Assembly (NCBI GenBank): GCA_964016885.1
Contig: OZ024741.1
Location: 295,368,001 to 295,432,000, forward strand
DNA from: Eledone cirrhosa
Lineage: Eukaryota
DNA: 64,000 nucleotides
Direction of reading: 5' to 3'
Positions 28,300 through 40,285 of the stretch are shown here, piece after piece (position 1 is the first letter of the stretch; every line of letters begins with the position of its first letter). The notes beneath the pieces are model-generated. The model made no database searches. It worked only from the letters and a program-made list of their open reading frames with translations, and was not told where the DNA came from. Both the position numbers and the translations under genes were made by a program.

Positions 28300-29045
28300 T
28301 ATATATATAGAATATGGAAATATTAGTGTTGTGGTATATAAATAATTGTTTCTACTTTTGGCACAAGGCCATCAATTACCCAGTGCATTACTGGTACTTT
28401 ATTTTATCGACCCCGTAAGGATGAAAGGCAAAGTTAACCTCGGTGGGATTTGAACTCAGACCGCAAAGGGACGTAACTATGTGGTATATAAATAATAGAA
28501 CGTGGAATTATTAATGTTGTAGTATATATATAATAGAATATTATATATACTACAGCACTAATAATTCCATGTTCCATTATATATATACTATGAGCACAAC
28601 AAACGATGATGATGATGATGATACAGCACTAATATTTTCCCATCTTCTATTGTGTATATACCACAGCACTAATACATCCCCATGTTCTATTATATATATA
28701 TATAGAGAGAGAGAGAATATGGAAATATTAGTGTCGTGGTATATATACAATAGAACATAGGGAAATATTAGTGTTGTGGTATATATAATCCTGCAGTGGG
28801 ATGGGCTCCGCCAAGCTTTAACTGCCCAAGAAAAGCTGCACGAGTATGTCAATACGGTGCTCCTATGACTCCCCCAGGAGTTACAGTGTCATACCATATA
28901 TATAATAGAACATCGGGAAATATTAGTGCTGTAGTATATATATAATAGAATATGTGTTGTGGTATATATATAATAGAATATGGGGAGATATTAGTGGTGT
29001 AGTTCACATATTATACTGCAATAGAACATGGGAAAATATTAATGC
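28300..29045. repeat. ~38-bp minisatellite (tatataatagaatatggaaatattagtgttgtggta) with an internally inverted block and a SINE insertion
   Basis: Forward units flank reverse-complement units at about 28545-28700; SINE A at 28341-28480. Confidence 0.8.
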
Positions 29046-29800
29046 AGCAAATAAATTGCTCATTAGTTGAGTATTCATTAGATTACAAGATAAAAGTGTC
29101 AAACTTATCTTTAAAACAGAGAGAATGGTAGTGTGGATAATAAATTTATACTTTAATTTCTACAAAAATCAATAAGCTGAAACAATATGCCGACTTTTGT
29201 TTTCGATGAAAATGTGGTGGTGGTGTTGGTGATGGTGGTGGTAGTGATGGTGGTGTTGTGAGGTGGTGTTGGTGATGGTGGTGGTAGTGGTGGTAGCATT
29301 GTGGGGGTGAGGTGGGTAGAGTGTAGCATTGGTCATGGTGGTGGTGGTGGTGGGAGGGAGGGGGTGTATCACTATTCTCCTCTACAGGATTACAGACATA
29401 TCACAGGTCAATTCATATAGACACTATTTAAAAGAGCAGTTATTGCTGAAACTCATAAATGAATAAGATATTGTTTGAAAATATCAAATGCCAGTTTTAA
29501 ATAGTTTAAGCATGTTTATTAATAATCCAATAGAAGCCATCTACACTCCATTGTCCTTGTTAAAAGTTATTCATCATAATTAATACTGATGCAGTCACTG
29601 CTTGTGATAGTAGTTGTCTTCATAATAGACAAGTAAAGAAATTGTAAAGACTGGAATGCAATGAGAACAATATGTAAAAGAGGTAAACTTAAAGGTTGGT
29701 TTATGATCGAGAATGGAAAATATCAATATTTATTAACAAATGAAAGAAAAACTGTGATATAGCATTTATATATGGTATAAATTATATATATATTCATTTA

Positions 29801-29900
29801 CAAGGTGTTGTAAAAAATGTATACACACTTCAACAGCATTCTAATAAATATTACCTGTAAAGGTAATCAAAGTGTGTATACATTTTTCGGGGACACCATG
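29801..29900. mobile_element. Tc1/mariner-like MITE, 100 bp
   Basis: TA|caaggtgttgtaaaaaatgtatacacactt ... aagtgtgtatacatttttcggggacaccatg|TA; ~30-bp imperfect TIRs and TA target site. Confidence 0.75.
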
Positions 29901-29931
<31 letters not shown>

Positions 29932-30599
29932 ACTTGTATATAAGTTTCACCCTCTCTGTCTTTATAATATTTTGATTTCAGGTAGTATCGGTAGAGGGTC
30001 GGATGCCATGCTTAGCAGAACAGAGTTACGGTCCTTTACAGTCTAAGTTCAAACCCCACCAAGGTTAACTTTGCCTTTTATCCTTACGGGGTCGATAAAA
30101 TAAAGTACCAGTAATGCACTAGGGTAATTGCTGGCTTTGTGCCAAAAGTAGAAATCATTATTTATTATTTCAAGTCCAGAACAAGGCTTGGCAGATAAGT
30201 CAAGTGTGGCTTTTCATGGAATTTGTTTCATTTCTTTAGTAAAACATATTGTGACACACACATATATGCGCGCACGCACACACATTTCCCACAATACAGC
30301 AGGTTTATGTATATATGCAACACCTACTCTCATACTAGAGGAGCTTCTCAGCAATGGGGGAGACAATGATATATTCTGTATTCTGCAGCAGAGAGTGAAA
30401 TCCGATGTTTATGCTGCTATATATATATATATTATTTTCCATGCTTGCATGGGTCAGATGGGTTGAGTCATCCACATTATGCAGCAAGTCTGGCCAGTTA
30501 GCTGTGCTGAAACTTGTTCAAATGGAACTGCATTTTTTTTACTGGATACCCTTCCTAACACCAACCACAATATATATATATATAAAAGTCTAAAGTCTG

Positions 30600-30865
30600 T
30601 CTTAAGCCGGAAGGCTCATTTGGCCGGTGCTTATCCCAGTTTCATAGCGTGAAGCGACTGAGAGTACAAGACTCCACCCTGGACATGACGCCAGTCCATT
30701 GCAGGGTTAAACTCCCAGCTATTGCTGGTACTTATTTTCAGCTGAATATACTGGAGCAACGTGAAATGAAGTGTTTTGCTCAAGAACACAAAACGCAACC
30801 CAGGAATCGAATCCATGACATTATGATCGTAAGTCCAACACCCTTACCACTAGGCCACGTGCCTC

Positions 30866-30866
<1 letters not shown>
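30600..30866 (-). mobile_element. tRNA-derived SINE, family B (tail type 2)
   Basis: Head GGAGGCACGTGGCCTAGTGGTAAGG (A box) and GGATTCGATTCC (B box); homologous copy at about 45675-45915 (+). Confidence 0.85.
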
Positions 30867-30945
<79 letters not shown>

Positions 30946-31073
30946 TATAAGTATGTATACCTTCCTGCCAGATGATTGAATGTCTGAAAGTATATACTTT
31001 CCTTATGCATATTAACGGCTGAGAAGCCTAATTTGCATATCGAGTGAGTTAATCGGCCGGGGTACCGTAAACG

Positions 31074-31566
31074 ATAAATGGAAAAAATGAAACGAAATTT
31101 CATTTCTCACTCTTAGTACGGCTGTTACTTAAATATAAGTATGTATACGTACATACATATATGTATACAGACATACAGTAGTATGTATATATATATATAT
31201 ATATACATGCACACATATATACATGTACGTATGGATTTACCGAACATTTATTATAATGCTCGGTGCTGATGATAGCTAATAAGCTTGAAACTAGTACATC
31301 GTTCCTTTGTCAGTGTTGAACAAAAGGGCAACGATTGTTGCTAAACACTGTACGGCTTAATCCGGGATGTTTGTTTACAATCAAACCGAGCATTATAATA
31401 AATGTTAGGTAAATCCATACGTACATGTGTATATGTGTGAATGTATGTATATATATACATACTACTGTACGTCTGTATACATATATGTATGTACGTATAC
31501 ATACTTATATTTAAGTAACAGCCGTACTAAGAGTGAGAAATGAAATTTCGTTTCATTTTTTCCATT

Positions 31567-31569
<3 letters not shown>
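31074..31569. repeat. Fold-back element with ~190-bp near-identical inverted arms
   Basis: 31074-31264 versus 31385-31569; differences are mostly within the internal microsatellite. Confidence 0.95.
31261..31301 (+). ncRNA. Minimal type I hammerhead ribozyme motif in the fold-back loop
   Basis: CGGUG-CUGAUGA-U-AGCU-AAUA-AGCU-U-GAAA-CUAG-UA-CAUCG; intact core, palindromic CUAG stem III, GUA triplet. Confidence 0.75.
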
Positions 31570-31647
<78 letters not shown>

Positions 31648-31891
31648 TTGCATACATGTATCCTCTATTAATGTGATAACTTGAATTGAATTGAAGAAAA
31701 CCAAAGCACAGCATAGAACAAATATCATTAAAAATATTAGAGTAAGAAAGATTAATAAATGCAAAAACCACCTGACTCTCTTCCATTAATGTAAAAGTAA
31801 AGTAAAGTAGTAAATATATCTAAATTTTCATGAAGAATTAAACGTATCATTGTACATACTAATACTAATTTCTTTATTTTATAATTAACAG

Positions 31892-32104
31892 GAATTTGTC
31901 ATGGGTCTGTCAGTATTATCTCGAGGTACATTGCAAGAAAGACTTCAATGGGCGTTTAATCTCTATGACATCAATGGAGATGGGATAATTACAAAAGACG
32001 AAATGATGGATATAGTATCTGCAATATATGAAATGATGGGCCGTTTTACTGAGCCTTCTGTGGATGAAAATACAGCAAGAGAACATGTGGACCGGGTTTT
32101 TTCA
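31892..32104 (+). CDS. KCNIP: KChIP exon (EF-hand 3 and following helices), 213 nt
   Basis: Acceptor tttataattaacag, donor TCA|gtgagt. EFVMGLSVLSRGTLQERLQWAFNLYDINGDGIITKDEMMDIVSAIYEMMGRFTEPSVDENTAREHVDRVFS with canonical EF loop DINGDGIITKDE. Confidence 0.97.
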
Positions 32105-32145
32105 GTGAGTACCTATTTACTGTTGAATATAGTGTGATTTGAAGA

Positions 32146-32232
<87 letters not shown>

Positions 32233-33115
32233 AATTGACAGATCACGGCTTGTAGTTAGAAGAATGTCTCAGGAAAGAATCGCTGGACAGATTTTATGGG
32301 CAAAACCAACCGGCAAGATGGTTGGATAACATCCAGGAGCTTGGTTGGTCATGCTTGGGAATCCAGCTGGATCAATTAGAGACGGTTGCTTCTGACAGGA
32401 TCTGCTGGAAGGTGTGTTTGAGGACTCTGCCCCCATGACCCTTTCAGGAATAAGTGGACGAAGAAGATTATTTCAATTCTGGATTATCCAGGAATTAAAG
32501 AAGCATCTCAAAACCAGATGTACCACTGCTCACTGTCTTTTTGAAAGTAGATTGAAATGATTCAAAGAAACGTTATTCCAATACACCAAGATACATAATT
32601 TAACAGAAACTAAGGGGTGCTTCACTCTCTGTGGTCTGACAGCATGATGGACACTATGTCCATGTACAGTGTAACTGTGAAGAGGGTCCTAGGCTCAGAA
32701 GGCTTGGCTGGCAGCCAGACTAGGGGATGGTTAACACCAAGTATAAACCCTCACTATCTGTGGAAATGTGATGACTAAAAGAGTCAATCCCAACGGTAAA
32801 TCAAGTCAAAGGAGAACTTGGGTGTACTAACCCTATTCATTCCATAGAGAGCATGGAAACACGAATGAATGGTTAGAAGAATGATGGTTGTGTCTACGCC
32901 CTATCCCGACCTTCAGAAATGAGAATGGGATTTCTTCATCTATTTACAAAAGATATTTGGAACTGTAAATAAAATAATGATTTAACATAACAAAAATAAT
33001 AACTACACCAGATATGGAGGGAACCTGTGGCCTTAAGGCTGCATGGAGGCCTTGTGAAAGTATCAAAAATTTCCAACAAATTTTTACTTTTTTTTTATGT
33101 TTTTGCCTATTGCTT

Positions 33116-33470
33116 ACTGCAGCCTACAATGCAGAGGAATGGAAGACAAACAAATACCAGGGATTATCCATCCACTTCCTCTTCGCACCGGTCGCCATTG
33201 AAACCTCAGGTGTATTCAGACCCCATGCAGCCAAGCTCCTCTGCAAGATCGGATTGTAAGCAGCCCAACTGAGGAAGGAGCTTTGTTAGGTGGAGCGGGG
33301 TGCTGTTGCAGCGGGTGTTACTGGCCATTGTCCATGGAAATGCCTCTGCAGTCTTGTCCATGGGGCACAGCCCCAACACCGCCATGGGCTAGGCCCAGAA
33401 CGCAGAATCCTCCCCTCCCCTTCTTCTCTGACCCTAGAGCCCTTGCCTTTCTCTTCCTTTTTCGTTTTTA
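33116..33470 (+). mobile_element. CRE-like non-LTR retrotransposon C-terminal (restriction-like endonuclease) fragment
   Basis: AAYNAEEWKTNKYQGLSIHFLFAPVAIETSGVF, then in another frame LLQRVLLAIVHGNASAVL; matches the K..KY..L...F.P.A.ET.G and QRGNA motifs. Confidence 0.7.
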
Positions 33471-33781
33471 AATATTTGTAGTGATTTGAGTATATATAAA
33501 TTTCTATTAACTATACTCCCCTCTTCTTGTATGTAGTTAAATAAATATTTTGTAAATGAATGTATTTTAAATACCAAGGAGTAAAACAAAATTCAACAAA
33601 ATAATACACACTGACAGACAACCAGAATTTTAAAATGAGTAGATCATATATAATTTTAGTTTCTTGAATGTGAATGCGGTCTTATTAAATTACAAGTAAC
33701 TTACTGCAGCCTTTCAGCATGAAAAAGTTCCCACCTCTGAACTATACTATCTTAATGCTACAGTATGTGGTCAAGTTAAAC

Positions 33782-33814
<33 letters not shown>

Positions 33815-34331
33815 TTTAATTAGTCAATAGCATACTATAAGAAACCCTTTATAATGATTGATAAATGGAGAAAAAGATTTGTTTAATCAGGTAGGTAAAA
33901 ACAGTACTCAGGACCTTTGAAACTGAAGAAAGAAGATATCCTCAAACTAGAAATTTGGTCTGAATGTTTATAGCAGTATCCAACCATCTTGCTTGGGGTC
34001 TACACCTGTTTCTTCTGCTGGCTGGTTTTACCCATAAAATCTGTCCAGTGATTCCTTCTTTAGACATTCTAACTACATGCCAATAGTATCGGAGCTGTGA
34101 TCTCTCATTTTGGAGAAGTAGCAGCTCTACCTTGAATAACTCTCTGATCTCTATCGAGTAACATTACTTGAAAAACCCTTCGGATAGACCCGATTCCAGC
34201 GGCTTCTATTTGTGATATAAAAATAAAAGTAGGAAATGACATCGACTATTTCAACCACAATGATGATGATGTTTTTGTTTTTATTTTTTATTGTTCTCTA
34301 TGTGATTTTTTTTTTATTTTTAACTTTTCAG

Positions 34332-34394
34332 AAAATGGATCTAAATAAAGATGGTGTCATATCACTTGAAGAATTTATGGATACATGCCGGACA
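34332..34394 (+). CDS. KCNIP: KChIP exon (EF-hand 4), 63 nt
   Basis: Long T-rich tract then taacttttcag acceptor; donor ACA|gtaagt. KMDLNKDGVISLEEFMDTCRT. Confidence 0.96.
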
Positions 34395-36026
34395 GTAAGT
34401 AACAGAAAGTTTCAGCTGTCAACTTACTTCTAGTTTATGTTATTACTTTCTTTTTATTTATTACTTTCATTTATTTTGTTTTCTAACCTGTGGATAGAGA
34501 GAATATTAAGTCAATCACAATTTGCATCTTCTTCTTGAATACAGACACAGTTAGGACAGTTTATCATTGATAGAGCCCTCAGCCCTGCCCACCATGTATC
34601 TGGAGGGTGTTAAAGTGTGTTGGAGATTATGTTATTAAGACTAGCTATAGAGGAGGAGTGGAGATGAGAGGAGGATTAAGTACAGACAAATCCAATGAGA
34701 TTCTATTCCTAATTACACAGGCAATGTGATTGATGAGAGATAGATAGGTTGATAGCACATTCATAATAGATAAGAGAGTTACAAAGAGATGAGGAATGTG
34801 GTATAATGAGACTTTATATAAACATAATGGCCTGGAGATATTATACATTCAAAACTCCACCAACATCATTTTGGGGGGTTTATTTTTCCATTCTTGCATG
34901 AGTTGGGTGGAATCTCTCCAGCACAGTTCTTCACCAAAAGTCATAGTCCTTTACTATCTACTTTAAGATATTCAGCCTCTTGCAATCAGTCTTCACAACT
35001 TCATCCCATATTTTCCCAAATGTCCAGCCACTTGCAACATTTCTTTAAACAAATGATATCACCCATATACTAATAATTATTTCTACTTTTGGCACAAGGC
35101 CACCATACTAATAATGTGGTCAGCCTGGTAATAAAAGATATCAACAATTTCTAAGGGGTCTTTTGAGTATCTAAAGGAATTTATCTTATGCATATTTGTA
35201 CTGGTAACTGTATACCTAAGCACATTCTGTAAATATCACTAAGTATCCCACCTTAGTCCTCCCCCTCTCACTTCCTCCATCCCCATCCCACCTTACACAT
35301 CCAATAACTCATGCCAGCAGGGAAAGCCAATTCTTCCCGCTGTCTCCTGTCTGACCTAATCTCAGAGCATAACAGCCCATCTGGCCCAAAAAATAGAGGT
35401 TTAACATGCATGGAGAGCTGGACATGCTCCACACCTGCTCTCCCTCAGTGCTGGTACCACAACAAAAAGCATCCAGTCCACCCTGTAAGGTGATCATACT
35501 GGTACCATGACAAAAATCACACAATCTACTTTGTTAGGTGATTGTTCTGGTGTCATGATGAAAACCACGCAGTCCACCCTGAAAGTGGTAATGGTGGTAC
35601 CACATAAACAGCTTTCAGTATGCACTGTGATTTGGTTGGTATTAGGAAGGGCATCCAACTATAAACACCAAGCTCAAAAAAGATCTTTATGAACAAGATG
35701 TGGTGGTCACCTGACCTGGCAAGCCTCAATGTAACAACCCATACAATCATAGCAAATAAAAGTTAAGTGGTGATGATGATGAATCATATGAGGTATTTAT
35801 GGAAAAATATACATATATATACATGCTTGTACGTACACACAAATATATGTATGTGTGTAGGTACATGGAGCTGACCTTGGCAATATAATATATGTATTGG
35901 AATAGGGGGTCTTGTGTGGAGTAAGGATCTTGCATATCTATATATGGGAGTAGGGATATTGTGAGGGAATCTCAGATTGAATCATGAGAGATTTTATAGG
36001 ATCTGATGATAGAGACAGTAGGGCCC

Positions 36027-36442
36027 GTCTGTCACCTCAGCTAGTACCACAGGCTCCATTGAAGGGGCTGTCTGTCACCTCTGCTTGTAGCCCAGGCTCC
36101 ATAGAAGGGGCTGTCTGTCACCTCAGTTAGTACCACAGGCTCCAAAGAAGGGGCTGTATATCACCTCAGATAATACACAGGCTCCATAGAAGGGGCTGTT
36201 TGTCAGTTCAGTTAGTACCACAGGCTCAATAAAAGAGGTTGTATATCACCCCAGTTAGTACCACAGGCTCCATAGAAGGGGCTGTATATCACCTTAGCTA
36301 GTAACACAGGTTTGATAGAAGGGCCTGTCCCCTCAGCTAGTAACAATGGCTCCATAGAAGGGGCTGTCTGTCACCTCAGCTAGTAGAACAGGCTCCATAG
36401 AAGGGGCTGTCACCTCATCTAGTCACCACATGCTCTATAGAA
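36027..36442. repeat. 43-bp minisatellite, about 10 copies
   Basis: Unit gtctgtcacctcagctagtaccacaggctccatagaaggggct, head to tail with no spacers. Confidence 0.95.
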
Positions 36443-36882
36443 TGATAAGGATGGAAGGGATTGTTACCTCAAGCCACAGAATGTATGAAGCTAATGTCAA
36501 AAGCTAGGGTAGGTTTATGTGTGTTTGCTGGTATTCAAGACTACCTACACTGATTGTTAATGATAGTAATAATAGAAAGGACTCTACTTTGGGATAACAT
36601 TTATCTAAAAACAATTCTTAAGTAATTAATTAATAACTAATAATTGCGTATGTATTGGAATAGGGGTTATGTATATGTACATGTGTGTGTATATATGAGT
36701 AGGGTTTCTGTGCATGTGTTTATGTATGTAGTTATCCTGTGGAGACAGTCAAATAATGAGAATAGCAGTAGAGGAAAAAGGAGGGCTTCAAAAATTTTAA
36801 TTTTCAGGTTAGGAATCACTTTCTTTGTTTTTTATTTTTGTTTAAATATTATATGGTTTTTCTTTTGATTTATTTTTGCCAG

Positions 36883-36936
36883 GACCCTGTTGTAGTTCAG
36901 TCTCTAGCAGTTCTTGATACTGAAATTATGATCTGA
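36883..36936 (+). CDS. KCNIP: KChIP alternative last coding exon A (DPVVVQSLAVLDTEIMI*)
   Basis: Acceptor tttcttttgatttatttttgccag, phase 0, in frame with EF-4 exon; peptide aligns with the NCS-family C-terminal helix; TGA at 36934-36936; AATAAA at 36946-36951. Confidence 0.78.
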   Translation, partial: DPVVVQSLAVLDTEIMI

Positions 36937-36945
36937 CCTCAACAA

Positions 36946-36951
36946 AATAAA
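36946..36951 (+). terminator. Candidate polyadenylation signal just after exon A stop
   Basis: AATAAA 10 nt after the TGA; the motif is common in AT-rich DNA, so weak on its own. Confidence 0.3.
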
Positions 36952-37139
36952 TGGTATTTTAAACAGCACAACCTGAAATTAGTTGAACTAGATATTATCT
37001 TTGCCCTCATATAAACCTATTTTTTTAAACACAACTTTAAGCAATTCTAAACCTTTCTTTAACCCTTTAAATACCAACCTATGCATGTGTGTACATCCCT
37101 TTTGCAGATAGAGACTTTCCTACTCATAAAAATAAATTC

Positions 37140-37420
37140 TTCTACACAGGTGAGAGGTGCCGGATACTGTTTTCATTGTTCCATTTTGATTTAAGCTTGT
37201 GTTTTCCATTTTGTCTGAGTTAACATGAGGACCAATACCTTTGGCTGAATATTCAAGACTATGGAGAAGGGTTTCCGCTTGGCTTATTAGATCGGAAAGT
37301 AGTACTAAATCATCTGTGTAATCTGCAACTGTGATTTTTGTGGCAGGATATCTATTACTTCTTTGTGGATGTAGTGTGAATTCATTATCTTTAACATTGC
37401 TCTCAGCTTGAAATATCAAT
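37140..37420 (-). mobile_element. LINE reverse transcriptase fragment
   Basis: ITVADYTDDLVLLSDLISQAETLLHSLEYSAKGIGPHVNSDK (YADD-type motif). Confidence 0.8.
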
Positions 37421-40237
37421 CAATGAAGTGGAAGAAAGTTGAAATATTATAAACATAAATGGAGTGTAACTTATCTATGAGTATATACAGTATAACTTTG
37501 TAAAATCATAATCTTCAATTCTTAAAGAACACTTCTGATATTTTGCATCACAAATTTTGACAAGTGAAATTAAAATAACAGCTCAAGTTTTTATGATCAA
37601 CATTTTTCTGAAAAAGGAGAAATCCCATCAAACAGTATTGCTAATGAATCAGTTTTATGAAGAGTAGAGTGGGTGATCATAGCCATTACTACCATATTTT
37701 GTAGGGAAATTTCTGCTGAAATTGATTTTATTTAGAATTATTTATCATGAAAAATGAATGGAACATTTGAATAATACCTCATTGTCAAGTGTTCCTAACT
37801 GGAAGAATGAATACTCAGAGCAAATTAACATCTAGTGAAAGTTTAAAATACCATCTTACCCTATTTGCATATAAAATTTTTTGGTTCAGAAAACAGAAAC
37901 AGCATACTTAATTCAATTCAGTCTAAATTATAACTATATATAATGTTTTGAAAGGTTACTTTATCCATCCATTCATGTAACTATATATAATGTTTTGAAA
38001 AGTTACTTTGTCAATTCATTTATCAATTCATTCCCTGAAATAAAAGTTGATTTAAATTCTTTCTTCTAATGGTGGCAGATTGGCAGAGCAAAGAACAAAA
38101 TGCCTTGCCATATTTGTTTTTGCTTTCTGCGCTCCGAGTCCAAATCCCACTGAGGTCAATTTTGCTTTTCATCCTTTTGGGATTGATAAAATAAAGTACC
38201 AATCTGAAGTTAGAATGTCGAACAAGATGCCTTGTTCAAATTCCAGTGAGGCCTCCTTTGGTGGTATATTTAATCTGTCACCCAATTGAACACTAGTGCC
38301 TGGTTCTCAGATGCATTTTGTGGCCTCCATTTTGTGACAAACATTCAGATCAGATCTCAAACTTAAGGATATCTCCCTCCTTCTTTCTCTCCTTCCCAGT
38401 TTCATAGGCCCTGAAAAGGGTCACAAGCACTCCCTATCTTTCCTTCACTAAACAGTGACAAAAAGAATTATATTCAACCTAATAGTTCATCTTCACATCA
38501 CTACTCTTAAGGTTAAATCAATTTCAACATTTCTATTTTTCATTTCATTGTATGTATGTTAAGAGTTTATACATACTTTTAATTGTATTTCCCATGAAAT
38601 GTTTAAAAAATAGAAACACAATACTCTATATCCACCTCTACAATTTAATGTCTATATTGATATTTATGCTTTTCAAATCATATCTCTATACATGCTAGAC
38701 ACTATATTTATAATTTTATGCTTCTTTTACTCATGTGAGACAGAAGATGTAACTACATAGAATCTTAACCACAAAAACATAGCCTTAAATATATAAATCC
38801 TACTGCAATCAACTTTGCCTGTGATCCTTTTTGGGGTTGATAAATAAAGTAACAGTGTAGTGCATTGGTAAAATTGTTATAGGATTAGGGTGAAGTCTCT
38901 TTTAGCTCTTTGCGTTCTGTGTTTATCTGAAATATCAATGGTTACACACAGTATTGGCCCTTGAATTTCATTTGGACGTTAGTGGCATGGAGATGGGAAG
39001 TTTGCATGCATTAATGTTGGTGTCACAACAAAATGCACCCAGTAAACTATGTAAAGTGATAAGGATGTTTGGAAGAGCATTCAGCTATAGAAACCATGCC
39101 AAAATATAAAATGTAAGAGTCAAGACATTGTCCTCTGACTTGTTTATTAATGGCCCATGACAACCCATCCAACCCATACCAGTATAAAAAGCTGACATAA
39201 TAGAATGATGACTGCTGGCCTTCCACAAAGTACTTTGCCCAGGTGTGCATCAGAAAAACTCCCCAGGGGAAGATCCATGGTGTCACAAGACTTAAAGAGG
39301 CCCTAGGTAGCACAGAGAACACAATAAAAAGATATCCTTAGCACAGTCGTTATTAGGATTAAAGTTAGGATGAGCTGATATGTTGATAATTACAATAATT
39401 ATCAGCTATGTTAAATACTACCAGTTGGTAGATACAAAATAAAAATAAAAATACTCCAAAAACTGACTTTTTAATTATTTAGAATAATTATAGGTGAGAT
39501 TCATAATTAATCATTTCAAGAACAAGAAAAGGTTGCAACTATTTACAATTACAGAATCTGAATTGTTTTAAATTATGAAACAGCACTCTTGAAACTATTG
39601 AATATATCTGCTATAGGCTTTCAACAAATTTTTAAAGTTGTAAAACTGAAACTTTAAATATATCTATATATAATAAATTCAACACAAATCATCAAAAATG
39701 TAATTATAACAAGCTCACAAATGTTTTATCAAACATTTACAATTATTTTAACCCTTTTGATAACTATCCACCTGAAACTGCCCCTAGTTTTACAATGAGA
39801 AATTTATTTTACTAGACCTTTCCAAATTCTTGAGTGGTGTCTTTCATTAGATATATATTAATGAAAGGATTACGTCTATTATAATAGAAGTAACTATAAA
39901 ACATTCTTAATCCTTTCGTTACTGTATTTATAAGGAAATATACTATCTTTCAATTAATTAATGCAGCATTTTGAAAGATTTATTCAAATGATTAATTATT
40001 TCGTTTCTAATATATTAACTTAAAATATTGTTCTTGTATAATATCATGCTGGAAGATATAGATTTATTGAGGAATTGTTTGTAATGGGTGGTTTCTTTAT
40101 AGAACCAAGGTTGATTCGATTCATAATAATTTGCTTATATTTACAGTGATATTAAGGTAGCATTAAATTATTAAAATCTGCGTCTACATGTCTATATATA
40201 AAAACAATGAAAATTTTCAACATCTCTTCTTCAACAG

Positions 40238-40285
40238 GATGAAAACATCACCAAAGGCATGGCCATATTCGATACAGTTCTTTGA
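40238..40285 (+). CDS. KCNIP: KChIP alternative last coding exon B (DENITKGMAIFDTVL*), canonical KChIP-type C-terminus
   Basis: Acceptor catctcttcttcaacag, phase 0; resembles vertebrate KChIP DENIMRSMQLFENVI*; TGA at 40283-40285. Confidence 0.92.
   Translation, partial: DENITKGMAIFDTVL

Noticed and set aside
29169-29372. His/Thr-rich ORF
   Set aside because: Degenerate (GGT)n trinucleotide repeat with no splice context.
30795-30866. tRNA gene
   Set aside because: A and B boxes belong to a SINE head that continues into a multi-copy body; no complete cloverleaf.
31016-31068. Hammerhead at acgg-ctgagaa-gcc...ggc-cgggg-ta-ccgt
   Set aside because: Both core boxes are broken; at most a fossil.
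36027-36442. CRISPR-like appearance of the 43-bp repeat
   Set aside because: Units are head to tail with no unique spacers, there are no cas genes, and the context is a eukaryotic intron.
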